Shown: positions 9,457 to 20,959 of the stretch, piece after piece
How the letters are laid out: each line of letters starts with the position of its first letter
Numbering within the stretch: position 1 is the first letter of the stretch
Origin: an uncultured candidatus Porisulfidus sp.
Lineage (GTDB): Bacteria; Pseudomonadota; Gammaproteobacteria; Poriferisulfidales; Poriferisulfidaceae
Assembly: GCA_965116025.1 (NCBI GenBank)
Contig: OZ220480.1
Location: forward strand, 1,951,447-2,015,446
Direction: 5' to 3'
Length of the DNA: 64,000 nt
Notes under the pieces: generated by a model
What the model was told of the DNA's origin: nothing
What the model saw: the letters and a program-made list of their open reading frames with translations, nothing else
Database searches by the model: none
Program-made: the position numbers and the translations under genes

Positions 9457-10147
9457 GATCCGGATCCTGTCGCAAAATCGCTTCCGCCCGGGCGAGGTCC
9501 CCGGGCCACGTCACCTTAATATTATCCTCGCGCCCGACGACCAACCGCGGGAAGCGGCCGCAATGCTCCATCGCCCGCGACTCGTCGGTGATCTCGACGC
9601 CATCGTCCAACGCCGCGCGCAGGCATCGACTCAGCTCCTCCATCTCGAACAGTTGCGGCGTCTGCGCTCGCCACAGGCCACGCCGATCCTCGCTCGCGGT
9701 GACCCTCCCCTCCTCGGCGCGCTTGAGGCTGTCCGTCACCGGAACCGCGAGCAGAGCTCCGGGCGCGTCGGCCTCGCGCAGCAATCTCTCGACGTCCGAG
9801 CGCCACACGCACGGGCGCGCGACGTCGTGCACCAGCGCCCAAGCCCGATTCCCGACGCGCTCGAGCATGGCTTCCAGCCCGCGCAACACGGTCTCCGCGC
9901 GGCTCGCGCCTCCAGACATCTCCCGGAACTCCACCTCCGGCGGCAATGGCGGAGGAGCGCCGCCGAGCGCGGACTCCGGGAGGAGCAGAGTAACGCTGCG
10001 CACCATCGGGGCGCACATCGCCAGCGGCCGGAGCGCGTAGTCCAGAATTCGCCGCGTCCCGAGCGGCGCGTTCCACTTGGCCCCGCCGAAGCGCTCGCCT
10101 CGACCGCCTCCCGCCAAGATCGCGTGCACCTCCCGCGCGTCGTCCAT
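9434..10147 (-). CDS. ispD: 2-C-methyl-D-erythritol 4-phosphate cytidylyltransferase
   Basis: The C-terminal 237 aa of the 669-aa track ORF (from MDDAREVHAILAGGGRGERFG) match IspD. An ATG at 10147 was verified in the sequence. The upstream extension of the ORF overlaps ftsB and eno in another frame and is an artefact. Confidence 0.85.
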   Translation of the reverse strand: MDDAREVHAILAGGGRGERFGGAKWNAPLGTRRILDYALRPLAMCAPMVRSVTLLLPESALGGAPPPLPPEVEFREMSGGASRAETVLRGLEAMLERVGNRAWALVHDVARPCVWRSDVERLLREADAPGALLAVPVTDSLKRAEEGRVTASEDRRGLWRAQTPQLFEMEELSRCLRAALDDGVEITDESRAMEHCGRFPRLVVGREDNIKVTWPGDLARAEAILRQDPDHAYWTRL

Positions 10148-10155
10148 CGGCGGGC

Positions 10156-10482
10156 TCACGGAGTCCCGGGCGCCGCGAGCGTGGACGACTCGGGCGGGCG
10201 CTCTTCCAGGTCGGGGCCGACTAATTGATAAAACGCCTCGTCCTCCCGGACCATGCCGAGGCGGTCGCGCGCCAGTCCCTCGATCCCTTCCAGCCCGGAA
10301 CGCAACTCTCGCAGTTCCGCCGACAAGACACGGTTGCGCTCGGCCAATTCGCCATTCTCCTCTTTCAGCCGCCGAACCTCGCCCATTTGGTCCCACAAGC
10401 TCAGCAAGCCGCCGTCGCCGGCCACCAGCAGATACAGCAGACCCGCGAGCGACGCCATCATCAGCCAGTTCCACGCGCGCAT
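10156..10482 (-). CDS. ftsB: Cell division protein FtsB (septum formation initiator)
   Basis: 108-aa ORF with an N-terminal TM segment and a coiled-coil (RRLKEENGELAERNRVLSAELRELR). Conserved eno-ftsB-ispD-ispF order. Confidence 0.75.
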   Translation of the reverse strand: MRAWNWLMMASLAGLLYLLVAGDGGLLSLWDQMGEVRRLKEENGELAERNRVLSAELRELRSGLEGIEGLARDRLGMVREDEAFYQLVGPDLEERPPESSTLAAPGTP

Positions 10483-10500
10483 CGCGGGAAGCCCGAGAGA

Positions 10501-11829
<1,329 letters not shown>

Positions 11830-11856
11830 TCATTGTACCGAAAGAGGAGCGGTCGC

Positions 11857-12174
11857 TCATGACCAGTCCGAGTCTCGAGCGCGGAGACGCCGCCACCAGC
11901 GCCCAATCCGCCGGCCGCGATCGCCCGCCTCGCGCTTCGCCCGGTCTAGCAACCGCTTGGCCCAAGGAAACTCTGTGGCTAGCGCCGCCAACCCGATCAG
12001 AATCACCGCCAGTCCTGGCCCCGGCGTGACCAGCATGATCATTCCTACCAGCGTCACTCCAGCGCCGACGACCAGCACGATCAAACGTCGCAGGCCAGCG
12101 ATCACCGGCTCCTCGCGATGGTCGGCGCCAGCGATCCGCGCGGCCAAGCGTCGCAGGGGAACCAGCAGCTTCAC
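11857..12174 (-). CDS. PGPGW-domain small transmembrane protein
   Basis: C-terminal LVTPGPGLAVILIGLAALATEFPWAKR matches the PGPGW family. The start is inferred at the in-frame GTG at 12174, immediately after the dcd stop. The longer ORF in the track (to 12501) overlaps dcd and was rejected. Confidence 0.45.
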   Translation of the reverse strand: MKLLVPLRRLAARIAGADHREEPVIAGLRRLIVLVVGAGVTLVGMIMLVTPGPGLAVILIGLAALATEFPWAKRLLDRAKREAGDRGRRIGRWWRRLRARDSDWS

Positions 12175-12176
12175 GC

Positions 12177-12743
12177 TCAGGCCCGCGGCAAGGTGACGCC
12201 GGTTTGCTTCTGGTACTTGCCTCCCCGATCCGCGTACGAGGTCTCGCAGAGCTCGTCCGTCTCGAAAAAAACCAGTTGCGCCACCCCCTCGTTGGCGTAA
12301 ATCTTGGCCGGCAGCGGCGTCGTGTTGGAGAACTCCAGGGTGATGTGGCCCTCCCACTCCGGCTCCAATGGAGTCACGTTGACGATGATCCCGCACCGGG
12401 CGTAGGTGGACTTTCCGAGGCAGATCGCCAGCACCGCGCGCGGCACCCGCAGGTACTCGACGGTGCTGGCCAGGGCGAAGGAATTCGGTGGGATTATGCA
12501 CACCTCGCCCTCGTAGTCCACGAAGCCGTCCTCCGCGAAGCGCTTCGGGTCCACCATCGCGGAATTAATGTTGGTGAATATCTTGAAATGCGTGGAGCAA
12601 CGGACGTCGTAGCCGTAGCTGGAGGTGCCGTAGGAGATGACCCGCCGGTCCCGGGAGCGACGCACCTGGGTCGGCTCGAACGGCTCGATCAGGCCCTCCC
12701 GCTCGGCCATGCGCCGGATCCAGCGGTCCGACTTGACTCCCAC
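12177..12743 (-). CDS. dcd: dCTP deaminase
   Basis: 188 aa with characteristic Dcd sequence (…[13 protein letters not shown]…[21 protein letters not shown]…). Confidence 0.9.
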   Translation of the reverse strand: MGVKSDRWIRRMAEREGLIEPFEPTQVRRSRDRRVISYGTSSYGYDVRCSTHFKIFTNINSAMVDPKRFAEDGFVDYEGEVCIIPPNSFALASTVEYLRVPRAVLAICLGKSTYARCGIIVNVTPLEPEWEGHITLEFSNTTPLPAKIYANEGVAQLVFFETDELCETSYADRGGKYQKQTGVTLPRA

Positions 12744-12744
12744 G

Positions 12745-13833
12745 TCAGTCGTTCTGGATGACGATGCGCGGGAATTTGGCGCTGTAGTCTTTCGCCCGCT
12801 CCGCCAGCCGCGCGGCCGCGCGGCGCGCGATGTCCCGGTAGATCTGGCTGATCCGGGAGTCCGGATCCGCGATCACGGTCGGCTTCCCGCCGTCGGTCTC
12901 CTCCCGGATGCGCCGGTCCAGCGGCAACTGTCCGAGCAGCTCCACGTCGTTCTCGCGCGCCAGGCTCTCGCCGCCGCCGGAGCCGAAGATCGGCTCCTCG
13001 TGGCCGCACTGGTTGCAGATGTGCAGGCTCATGTTCTCCACCACGCCCAGCACCGGCACCTCGACCTTGCGGAACATCTTGAGTCCCTTGCGCGCGTCCA
13101 GCAACGCGATGTCCTGCGGCGTGGTCACGATGATCGCCCCGCTGACGGGAATTTTCTGCGCGAGCGTCAGTTGCGCGTCGCCCGTGCCTGGCGGCAGATC
13201 CACCACCAGGTAGTCCAGCCCGCGCCAGCGCGTGTCGCCGAGCATCTGCTCGAGCGCCTGGGTCACCATCGGGCCGCGCCAGATCATCGGCGTCTCCTCG
13301 TCGATCAGGAATCCGATCGACATGGCCTGCAGGCCGTGGCTCTCCATCGGCTCCAGGCTCTTTCCGTCTCTCGACTCCGGCTGCCCGGAGACGCCCAGCA
13401 TCCGCGGCTGGCTCGGTCCGTAGATGTCCGCGTCCAGCACGCCGACCTCGGCGCCCTCCTCGGAAAGCGCCAGCGCCAGATTGATCGCCGTGGTGGACTT
13501 GCCGACGCCGCCCTTGCCGGAGGCGACCGCCAGCACGTTCTTGACGCTCTCCATCGGCTTGAGGTTCTTCTGCACCGAATGCGACTCGATCTCCCACCTC
13601 ACGTCGACCTCGACGCGCTCGCCGCCATCCAGCCGCGCGAGGCGCGCCCGCGCGGCCCGCTCCAGCTCGTCGCGGACCCCCCGGGCTGGATAGCCGAGCC
13701 GGATCTCGACCCGGGCCGAGTCGCCGTCCACCACCACGTCCTTGAGCGCCCGCGCCGCCACCAGGTCCTTGCCGGTCCCGGGGTCCTTCACGTCCTTGAG
13801 CGCGCTCTCTATTCGCTCCTTGCTCAGCGCCAT
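12745..13833 (-). CDS. apbC: Iron-sulfur cluster carrier protein ApbC/Mrp
   Basis: P-loop [21 protein letters not shown] and CNQCGH motif. Divergent from metG as in many proteobacteria. Confidence 0.9.
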   Translation of the reverse strand: MALSKERIESALKDVKDPGTGKDLVAARALKDVVVDGDSARVEIRLGYPARGVRDELERAARARLARLDGGERVEVDVRWEIESHSVQKNLKPMESVKNVLAVASGKGGVGKSTTAINLALALSEEGAEVGVLDADIYGPSQPRMLGVSGQPESRDGKSLEPMESHGLQAMSIGFLIDEETPMIWRGPMVTQALEQMLGDTRWRGLDYLVVDLPPGTGDAQLTLAQKIPVSGAIIVTTPQDIALLDARKGLKMFRKVEVPVLGVVENMSLHICNQCGHEEPIFGSGGGESLARENDVELLGQLPLDRRIREETDGGKPTVIADPDSRISQIYRDIARRAAARLAERAKDYSAKFPRIVIQND

Positions 13834-13898
13834 CGCGGTCTCTCCTCGCCTCGAAATTCTTCCCGTCCGCTTTCCATTATACGGGCGCGGCCGCTACA

Positions 13899-15926
13899 AT
13901 GGCGCGGCGAACCGCCTCTCGTCCAATGCCCTCTCCACGCCGCATCCTGGTCACCAGCGCCCTGCCCTACGCCAACGGGCCGATCCACCTGGGCCACCTG
14001 GTGGAGTATCTGCAGACCGACATCTGGGTTCGATTTCAGCGCTCGCGCGACGTGGAATGCTCCTACGTGTGCGCCGATGACGCGCACGGCACGCCGATCA
14101 TGCTGCTCGCGCGCGAGCGCGGGATCAGCCCCGAGCGACTGATCGAGGAGATCGGGCGACAGCACCGCGCCGACTTCTCCGATTTTCTGATCGAGTTCGA
14201 CCAGTATCACAGCACGCACAGCGAGGAGAATCGCCAGCTGGCGCGCAGCGTCTTCCAGACCCTGTCCGAGGCCGGGCACATCCGCCGCAAGACGATCTCG
14301 CGGTACTTCGACCCCAGCGCCGGGATGTTCCTTTCCGACCGCTACCTGCGCGGCACCTGCCCGCGCTGCGGCGCCGAGGAGCAGTACGGGGACGCCTGCG
14401 AGCGCTGCGGCGCGACGTACGACTCGAGCGAGCTGGTCAACCCGCGCTCGACGCTCAGCGACGCGCCCCCCGAGCTTCGGGAGACCGAGCATCTGTTCTT
14501 CCGCCTCGGCGACTTCGCCGAGACGCTCCGGAGCTGGGCCGAGCGCGGCGGCGTGCAACCGGAGATCAAGAACAAGCTCGACGAGTGGTTCGAGGCCGGG
14601 CTGCGCGACTGGGACATCAGTCGGGACGCGCCATACTTCGGCTTCGAGATCCCCGACGCGCCAGGGCAATATTTCTACGTCTGGCTCGACGCGCCGATCG
14701 GCTACATGGCCAGCCACCTGCGCCTATGCCGGGAGCGGGGCCTCGATTTCGACGACTACTGGCGCGCCGACAGCGAGACCGAGCTGTACCACTTCATCGG
14801 CAAGGACATCGCCTACTTCCACACCCTGTTCTGGCCCGCCCTGCTGCGCGGCGCCGGATACCGGTTGCCGACCGCGGTGTGGTGCCACGGCTTCCTCACC
14901 ATCAACGGCGAGAAGATGTCGAAGTCCACCGGCACCTTCATCGAGGCGCGCGCCTACCTGCGTCACCTCGACCCGGAGCACCTGCGCTACTACTTCGCCA
15001 CCAAGCTGTCGCCCGCCATCAGCGACATCAACCTGAACCTGGACGACTTCGTCGCGCGCGTCAACAGCGACCTGATCGGCAAGGTCGTGAACATCGCCAG
15101 CCGCTGCGCCGGCTTCATCGAGAAGCGGTTCGGCGGACGGCTCGCGAAGCGGCTTCCGGACCCCGCCCTGTTCTCGGAGTTCGCGGCGGCGGCGGACGGA
15201 TTGGCCGAGCGCTACGAGACGCGGAGCTTCTCCCAAGCCATGCGCGAGATCATGGCGCTGGCCGACCGCGCCAACCAGTACGTGACGCGGCAGAAACCCT
15301 GGGAGACGGCGCGCGCGGAGGCCACCCGCGAGCGGGCCTGGGAGGCATGCACCCAAGGCATCAACCTGTTCCGCACGCTGATCGTCTACCTGAAACCCGT
15401 GTTGCCCACGCTCGCCGCCAAAAGCGAGGCCTTCCTCGACTCCGGCCCGCTCGACTGGGAAGCCTGCCAAACGCCTCTTCTGGACCGCCCGATCCGACCG
15501 TTCGCCCCTCTCTCCACCCGAATCGATCCGAAAGACGTTCGCGCCATGGTCGAGGAAACCAAGGCCGCCAGCGCCCCTCCGAGGCCAGAAGCCGCGCGTC
15601 CCGACTCCATCCCGTATGAAGACTTCGCCAAGATTGATCTTCGGGTCGCCCGAATCGAGGAAGCGCGCGAGATCAAGGGCGCCGACCGACTGCTGGCGCT
15701 GACTCTGGACCTGGGCGACGGGCGCCGTCAGGTGATCGCCGGCATCCGCTCCTCCTACGCCCCGGAGCGCTTGCTCGGACGATTGGTCGTGGCGGTCGCC
15801 AACCTGGAACCGCGACGGATGCGCTTCGGCACGTCCGAAGGCATGATTCTGGCCGCTGGCGACAACGAGGGCATCTGGCTGCTGAGTCCAGACGAGGGCG
15901 CCCGTCCCGGCATGAAGATTCGGTGA
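13899..15926 (+). CDS. metG: Methionine--tRNA ligase
   Basis: 675 aa with HIGH-type motif ([15 protein letters not shown]), KMSKS, Zn knuckle cysteines and a C-terminal tRNA-binding domain. Confidence 0.95.
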   Translation: MARRTASRPMPSPRRILVTSALPYANGPIHLGHLVEYLQTDIWVRFQRSRDVECSYVCADDAHGTPIMLLARERGISPERLIEEIGRQHRADFSDFLIEFDQYHSTHSEENRQLARSVFQTLSEAGHIRRKTISRYFDPSAGMFLSDRYLRGTCPRCGAEEQYGDACERCGATYDSSELVNPRSTLSDAPPELRETEHLFFRLGDFAETLRSWAERGGVQPEIKNKLDEWFEAGLRDWDISRDAPYFGFEIPDAPGQYFYVWLDAPIGYMASHLRLCRERGLDFDDYWRADSETELYHFIGKDIAYFHTLFWPALLRGAGYRLPTAVWCHGFLTINGEKMSKSTGTFIEARAYLRHLDPEHLRYYFATKLSPAISDINLNLDDFVARVNSDLIGKVVNIASRCAGFIEKRFGGRLAKRLPDPALFSEFAAAADGLAERYETRSFSQAMREIMALADRANQYVTRQKPWETARAEATRERAWEACTQGINLFRTLIVYLKPVLPTLAAKSEAFLDSGPLDWEACQTPLLDRPIRPFAPLSTRIDPKDVRAMVEETKAASAPPRPEAARPDSIPYEDFAKIDLRVARIEEAREIKGADRLLALTLDLGDGRRQVIAGIRSSYAPERLLGRLVVAVANLEPRRMRFGTSEGMILAAGDNEGIWLLSPDEGARPGMKIR

Positions 15927-16327
15927 GCGTCGCCCGAGTCGCCTGGATCGATCTTCCACGGTGCGTGGGCTGCGCCCTGTGCGTCGAGGCCTGTCCATTC
16001 GACGCCATCGCCGGGGTCGCCGAGCGAGCTCATCGCGTGATCCCGGGGTTGTGCACGGAATGCGGGCTGTGCCTTCCAGCCTGTCCGGTCGACTGCATCT
16101 CCCTGCGTCCGGACCCGGCGCACCCGACCCGCGACCGCGACTACCGCCGGCAGGCGCGCGACCGGGCGCGACGGCGCCTGCGGCGCCGGGCGGCGCTGCG
16201 CGAGACGCGAGAGAGCCAGCTACGGGAGGCTCACGCCGGATTCCGCGACGACGACGATGCCGCGCGGCGGGCCGCTATCCACGAGGCCGTCGCCCGAGCG
16301 CGCGGAAGCGCGGCATCCCCCAGCTGA
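15923..16327 (+). CDS. 4Fe-4S dicluster ferredoxin (RnfB C-terminal-like)
   Basis: Two CxxCxxCxxxCP motifs. Stop overlaps the nth start (TGATG), as in rsxB-nth arrangements. Confidence 0.7.
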   Translation: MSVARVAWIDLPRCVGCALCVEACPFDAIAGVAERAHRVIPGLCTECGLCLPACPVDCISLRPDPAHPTRDRDYRRQARDRARRRLRRRAALRETRESQLREAHAGFRDDDDAARRAAIHEAVARARGSAASPS

Positions 16328-16959
16328 TGGACGAGCGCCAAGTCGAGCGAATTTTCCAGCGCTTTCGCGATCTGCGCCCGCACCCGACCACCGAGCTGCG
16401 CTACCGCGACGAATTCGAGCTGCTCATCGCGGTCATCCTGTCCGCCCAGTGCACGGACGTCGCGGTCAACAAGGCGACGACGAAACTGTTCGCCCGCGCC
16501 CACGCGCCCGAGACCATCCTGGCGCTCGGAGTCGAGGGCCTCATCCCGTACATCCGCACCATCGGCCTGCACAACAGCAAAGCCGCGAACATCATCGCCA
16601 CCTGCCAAATCCTTCTCGAGCGGCATGGCGGAAAAGTGCCGCGCGACCGAGAATCCCTGCAGGCGCTGCCCGGAGTCGGGCGAAAAACCGCGAACGTCGT
16701 CCTGAACACCGCGTTCGGAGAGCCCGTCATCGCGGTGGACACTCATATCTTCCGGGTCGGCAACCGCGTCGGCCTCGCGCCGGGGCGCACCCCCCGCGAG
16801 GTGGAGGACGGCCTGACGCGCCTGGTGCCCGAGGCATTCCTCAAGAACGCTCATCACTGGCTGATCCTGCATGGGCGGCACACCTGCACGGCGCGCGCGC
16901 CGAAGTGCTCGGAGTGCGGAATCTCGGACCTGTGCGAATGGCCGGAGCGGAATCCGTGA
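16327..16959 (+). CDS. nth: Endonuclease III
   Basis: HhH-GPD motifs LPGVGRKTANVVL and a C-terminal 4Fe-4S Cys cluster (CTARAPKCSECGISDLC). The longer track ORF from 15961 was rejected as out of frame with the ferredoxin gene. Confidence 0.9.
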   Translation: MDERQVERIFQRFRDLRPHPTTELRYRDEFELLIAVILSAQCTDVAVNKATTKLFARAHAPETILALGVEGLIPYIRTIGLHNSKAANIIATCQILLERHGGKVPRDRESLQALPGVGRKTANVVLNTAFGEPVIAVDTHIFRVGNRVGLAPGRTPREVEDGLTRLVPEAFLKNAHHWLILHGRHTCTARAPKCSECGISDLCEWPERNP

Positions 16960-17075
16960 GAGGCGGCGCCGGGAAGGGAACCAACGAGCGGCGCGCGAGT
17001 CATAGCGTTTGCTACAATCCGAGCGACGACGCACGCGTCGTCTTTCATTAAATTTTTCAAGGAGCGCTTGACACC

Positions 17076-17405
17076 ATGAACCAGAAAGAACTCAATCCCA
17101 TCGCCCTGGCCCTGGGCCTCACGGGCGCGCTGGCCTGCTCCAGCGCCGTCGCCGCCGATAACCCGTTCAGCCTGACCGAGCTGTCTGGACAGACCTACGC
17201 CGGCTCGCACGGAGGCGAGGGCAAATGCGGCGAAGGCAAGTGTGGCGAGGATAAAGATGCCGGCGAGGGCAAGAAGAAAGAGAAATGCGAGGGCCGATGC
17301 GGCGAGGGAAAATGCGGCGAAGGCAAGTGTGGCGAGGATAAGGACGCCAGCGAGGGCAAATGCGGCGAAGGCAAATGCGGCGGAGACGCCGGCGAGGGCG
17401 AATAA
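17076..17405 (+). CDS. hvfA: HvfA/Buf2-family (EGKCG-repeat) secreted RiPP metallophore precursor
   Basis: Sec signal peptide (MNQKELNPIALALGLTGALACSSAVAA), then a low-complexity core with 9 Cys in (G)EGKCGE repeats. AAGGAG SD lies 11 nt upstream. Followed by DoxX, DUF692 and DUF2063 genes. Confidence 0.75.
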   Translation: MNQKELNPIALALGLTGALACSSAVAADNPFSLTELSGQTYAGSHGGEGKCGEGKCGEDKDAGEGKKKEKCEGRCGEGKCGEGKCGEDKDASEGKCGEGKCGGDAGEGE

Positions 17406-17513
17406 CGCCCGCCTCCCGATTCCCGAAGAGCCCGGCCTCGCTCGGGCCCTTCGGGAACCCCGCCCCCGGAGACGACGGGCTCCAGCCCTGTCCATGACCG
17501 AGACTCCGGCCTC

Positions 17514-18131
17514 ATGAACCTGACTCGATTCGCCTGCGCCGCCCACCGCTCCCTCGAGCGCGCGCGGCCCCTTGATTTCCTGCCATCGCTGGCGTTGCGC
17601 CTGTATCTCGCCCCGATCTTCATCGAGGCGGGAGCTCGCAAGCTGGACCTGCCGAGTCTGCTGCCGAAGGAGAGCGTCGCGCATTGGTTCGAGTACGGCC
17701 TGGAACTGCCGCTTCCGACCCTGATGGCCGCCTTGGCCGGCTGGGCCGAGCTGTTCGGCGGCGTTCTGCTGCTGATCGGCCTCGCCACCCGCTGGGCCAG
17801 CATTCCCCTGATGATCACCATGCTGGTCGCCGCCTTCGCCGCGCACTGGAAGAACGGCTGGCTCGCGATCGCCACCGACAGTGGGTTCTTCGCCACCGAG
17901 CGCACCATCGAGGCCACCGAGCGTCTGCAGGTCGCCCGATCCATCCTGCGCGAGGACGGCGACTACGCCTGGCTGACCGAGCACGGCAGCTTGGTCATGC
18001 TGAACAATGGCGTCGAGTTCGCGGTCACCTACCTCATCATGCTGCTGGCACTGTTCTTCCTAGGCGCGGGGCGCTACGTCAGCCTGGACCACTGGATCGC
18101 GCGGCGCTTCCAGCATGCCTGCTCGAGGTGA
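17514..18131 (+). CDS. DoxX-family membrane protein (HvfX/BufD-like RiPP-maturation partner)
   Basis: 205-aa polytopic membrane protein of the DoxX family. Sits between the precursor and the MNIO gene. Confidence 0.7.
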   Translation: MNLTRFACAAHRSLERARPLDFLPSLALRLYLAPIFIEAGARKLDLPSLLPKESVAHWFEYGLELPLPTLMAALAGWAELFGGVLLLIGLATRWASIPLMITMLVAAFAAHWKNGWLAIATDSGFFATERTIEATERLQVARSILREDGDYAWLTEHGSLVMLNNGVEFAVTYLIMLLALFFLGAGRYVSLDHWIARRFQHACSR

Positions 18132-18957
18132 GACGCCCGGCCCGCGCGCCGCGGGCCTCGGCCTGCGCCGCGATATCCTCGACGAGGTCCTCCGCCTCGA
18201 GGACGGCGCGGTCGACTTCCTCGAGGTCGCGCCCGAGAACTGGATCGGCCTCGGCGGTCCGCTGAAGACCCGATTCGACGAGCTCGCCGAGCGCTACCCC
18301 ATCACCACGCACGGCCTGTCGCTGTCGCTCGGCGGACCGACTCCACTAGACCAGGATCTGCTTAAGAGCGTCCGCGGCTTTCTGGATGACTACGGCATCG
18401 GCCTCTACAGCGAGCATCTCAGCTACTGCTCGGACCACGCGCATCTCTATGACCTCGCGCCAATCCCATTCACGGAAGAGGCCGCGCGCTACGTCGGCGG
18501 ACGCATCCGCGAGACGCAACGGGCGCTGGACCGCCAGATTCTGGTCGAGAACGTCTCCTACTACGCCGCGCCAGGCAAGCGAATGGAGGAAATCGACTTC
18601 ATCCGGAACGCGCTTGAGGAGGCCGACTGCCTGATGCTGCTGGACGTCAACAACGTCTACGTCAACTCGGTGAACCATGGCTACGACGCGCGCGCCTACA
18701 TCGACGCGCTGCCCGCCGAGCGAGTGGCGTACTTTCACGTCGCCGGACACTACCACGAGGCCGAAGACCTGATCATCGACACGCACGGCTCCGACGTGAT
18801 CGAGTCGGTCTGGGATCTCCTAGAACATGCGTGCGCGAGGTTCGGCCCGCGGCCGACCCTGCTGGAACGCGACTTCAACTTCCCGCCGATCGACCGTCTG
18901 GTCAGGGAGGTCCGCCGCGTTCGCCGCTATCAGGCGAGCGCTTCGGGGTCCGCCTAA
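18115..18957 (+). CDS. hvfB: DUF692 / MNIO-family (MbnB-like) RiPP maturase
   Basis: 280 aa with DUF692 hallmarks ([13 protein letters not shown]…, HLSYCSDH, conserved metal-ligand His/Glu pattern). Confidence 0.8.
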   Translation: MPARGETPGPRAAGLGLRRDILDEVLRLEDGAVDFLEVAPENWIGLGGPLKTRFDELAERYPITTHGLSLSLGGPTPLDQDLLKSVRGFLDDYGIGLYSEHLSYCSDHAHLYDLAPIPFTEEAARYVGGRIRETQRALDRQILVENVSYYAAPGKRMEEIDFIRNALEEADCLMLLDVNNVYVNSVNHGYDARAYIDALPAERVAYFHVAGHYHEAEDLIIDTHGSDVIESVWDLLEHACARFGPRPTLLERDFNFPPIDRLVREVRRVRRYQASASGSA

Positions 18958-18960
18958 CCG

Positions 18961-19740
18961 ATGCCCGCGCGGCCCGAGTTCCAGCGCGTTCAAGAAGAGT
19001 TCTGCGCGCACCTGCGCGACCCCCGCCGCGCCCCTCGCCCGAAAGACGTCTCGGAACGGCGCATGGCCGTCTACCGAAACCTTTTCTCTAAGAACATCCA
19101 AGGCTTGATCGAGCGCTCGTTCCCCCTGAGCGCCCACCTGCTCGGGACGGAGACGACGCGCGCGCTGTCCCGCGCCTTCTACTCGCGGCATGGCTGCCGC
19201 ACGCCCTACTTCCACAAAATCGGACAGGAGTTCGTGGACTACTTGGCCCGAGAGCACGACGGCGATCCGGAGTTGCCCCCCTTCCTGGCGGAGCTCGCCC
19301 GCCACGAGTGGACCGAGGTCCGGGTCCGGCTGAACGACGATCCGCCGCCATACCCTCCCGAGCGGATCGATCCAGACGGAGATCTGCTGGAGCGTCCCGT
19401 GGTCCTGTCCCCCGCTTCAGAGCTCTGCGTCCACGCCTACCCGGTGCACCGCGTCAAGCGGAATTCGCCACCGCCGCGCGAGAGCGAGACCCCGACGTTC
19501 CTGCTCGCGTTCCGCGATTCCACCGGAGCCGCCCGTTTCCTGGAGCTCAGCCCGGCCACCGCCCGGCTGATCGCCCTGCTGATGGATCAGCCGGAGATCC
19601 CCGCGCGATCACAGTTCGGAAGAATCGCCACCGAGCTCGGCCGCGACATGTCCGAGGCGCTGGTCGACGGGGGCCGGCAAGCGCTGGAAAGATTGCGCTC
19701 GCTCGGCGCCATCCTTGGCGCGCTCCGGCCCTCCGGCTGA
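18961..19740 (+). CDS. hvfC: DUF2063-family partner protein (HvfC/MbnC-like)
   Basis: 259-aa ORF 4 nt after the hvfB stop. Composition and motifs typical of DUF2063 partners of MNIO enzymes. Confidence 0.65.
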   Translation: MPARPEFQRVQEEFCAHLRDPRRAPRPKDVSERRMAVYRNLFSKNIQGLIERSFPLSAHLLGTETTRALSRAFYSRHGCRTPYFHKIGQEFVDYLAREHDGDPELPPFLAELARHEWTEVRVRLNDDPPPYPPERIDPDGDLLERPVVLSPASELCVHAYPVHRVKRNSPPPRESETPTFLLAFRDSTGAARFLELSPATARLIALLMDQPEIPARSQFGRIATELGRDMSEALVDGGRQALERLRSLGAILGALRPSG

Positions 19741-20603
19741 ATCGGCGCCGGATCGGCGTCTCCTTGAGCACGGCGAAGCTCCAGCCGCTCGCCGAGCCAG
19801 CGCTGCACCAGGATCCAGATCTCCCGCAACGAGACCCTTCTCCCGAGACTCTCGTGCAGCGCCAGGAAGAAGCCCGGCTGGCGCAACGGATCGACCCCTT
19901 GGTCGTAGCTCCGATACCGGCGCGTGAACTCCTCGTACAAGAGATACTGCAGATCGTCGGAAAGCGCCCGAGGGCGGCCGCGGCACTGTCGTCCATGCAT
20001 CTCGCGCGCCTCCGCGTACAACTGGCTGTTCATGCCGTAATAGCGCATCATCAGGTCCCGGGGCGCGTCGGCGCGAATCAACTCCGCGCACTGGCCGATC
20101 CAGCGCGCCGAGGCGATGGCCGTGTCGATCGACCGCTCCAGAAGCGGACCGTCGATCCGCACGGTCGTGAAGAACCAGAGATATCGCGCCAGCTTCTGGA
20201 GGTCCACCCAGGGACGCATGCTGATGAACTCGGCCTGCTCCGGCTCCAGGCCAAGCTCGCCGAGTGGCCGCTGGCGGTTCCGTCGGTACAGCGTGATGAC
20301 GTGGTTGAAGACGCTCAGGCACAAATCCACCTCCCGGGTCTTGGACTGGGCCCCGCTCATGGCGACCGGGTCCTCGAGCGCCAAGCGATAGCACTGCCTG
20401 AGGATCTCGAACTGCAGGTGGAAGACGGCGAAGCGTCCGCCGACTCCACTGAGGGTGTTGCTCTCGAACGCGGAAAGCTTGCTGACGCGCCCCGCCTGCC
20501 CGCGGTCGATGTTAAGGGTGGCCAGAACCGCCCAATCGTCGTCGTGGTAGCAACGCGAGATATAGCTGACCAGCGCGAAGTTCAAAAGGTTTTTTGTTCT
20601 CAT
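19587..20603 (-). CDS. Hypothetical protein (W/Y/F-rich, possibly helical oxygenase-like; unassigned)
   Basis: 338-aa ORF with protein-like composition, convergent with hvfC. Its last ~50 aa are S/P/R-rich and overlap the hvfC 3' end, so the C-terminus is probably wrong (frameshift or read-through). Confidence 0.45.
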   Translation of the reverse strand: MRTKNLLNFALVSYISRCYHDDDWAVLATLNIDRGQAGRVSKLSAFESNTLSGVGGRFAVFHLQFEILRQCYRLALEDPVAMSGAQSKTREVDLCLSVFNHVITLYRRNRQRPLGELGLEPEQAEFISMRPWVDLQKLARYLWFFTTVRIDGPLLERSIDTAIASARWIGQCAELIRADAPRDLMMRYYGMNSQLYAEAREMHGRQCRGRPRALSDDLQYLLYEEFTRRYRSYDQGVDPLRQPGFFLALHESLGRRVSLREIWILVQRWLGERLELRRAQGDADPAPIQPEGRSAPRMAPSERNLSSACRPPSTSASDMSRPSSVAILPNCDRAGISG

Positions 20604-20959
20604 TATCGGGTCTCCGTTCCTTGGCTTCGCCCGAACCCTCGCGTCGCCGGACGCGCGGGAAAGAATCCCGCCGAACGAGACCGGGGACCGGCGGGCGCCG
20701 GAACACTCGGGAAAGGGTCAGTCGGAGACGAGGGGAAGCCCCCGCTCCGGACTCGCCAGCATCGCTACTTCTTCGTCTTATTGAGCCGGCCACTACCGCA
20801 GACCACCGAGGCACTTCCGTGTGCAAAGGAGAACGCATAGTCACACCCTGATTAAAAGATTAGGCACCTCCCGATCCAATATACACCAAGCGGGGAGCGC
20901 TTTTCTATCGCCTTGATTCACATAGAAATCACATTGAAAATTAGGGGATTCGTCCCGCG

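Noticed and set aside
12637-14142. 501-aa plus-strand ORF, plus the overlapping 302-aa ORF at 12689..13597 (-)
   Set aside because: Antisense or off-frame to apbC and the metG 5' end. Arg-rich junk composition. apbC has unambiguous P-loop and Mrp homology in its own frame.
14585-15998. 344-aa (+) and 424-aa (-) ORFs overlapping metG
   Set aside because: Alternative-frame and antisense ORFs within the well-supported metG gene. Low-complexity R/P/G-rich.
17406-17513. Possible attenuator or terminator hairpin (gcccg…cgggc) between hvfA and the DoxX gene
   Set aside because: Only a 5-bp stem and no following T-run. Insufficient to call a terminator, though precursor/maturase stoichiometry control by partial termination is plausible.
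19308-20840. 510-aa plus-strand ORF opposite the hypothetical gene
   Set aside because: Extremely Arg/Pro-rich. The opposite strand has clearly protein-like composition.
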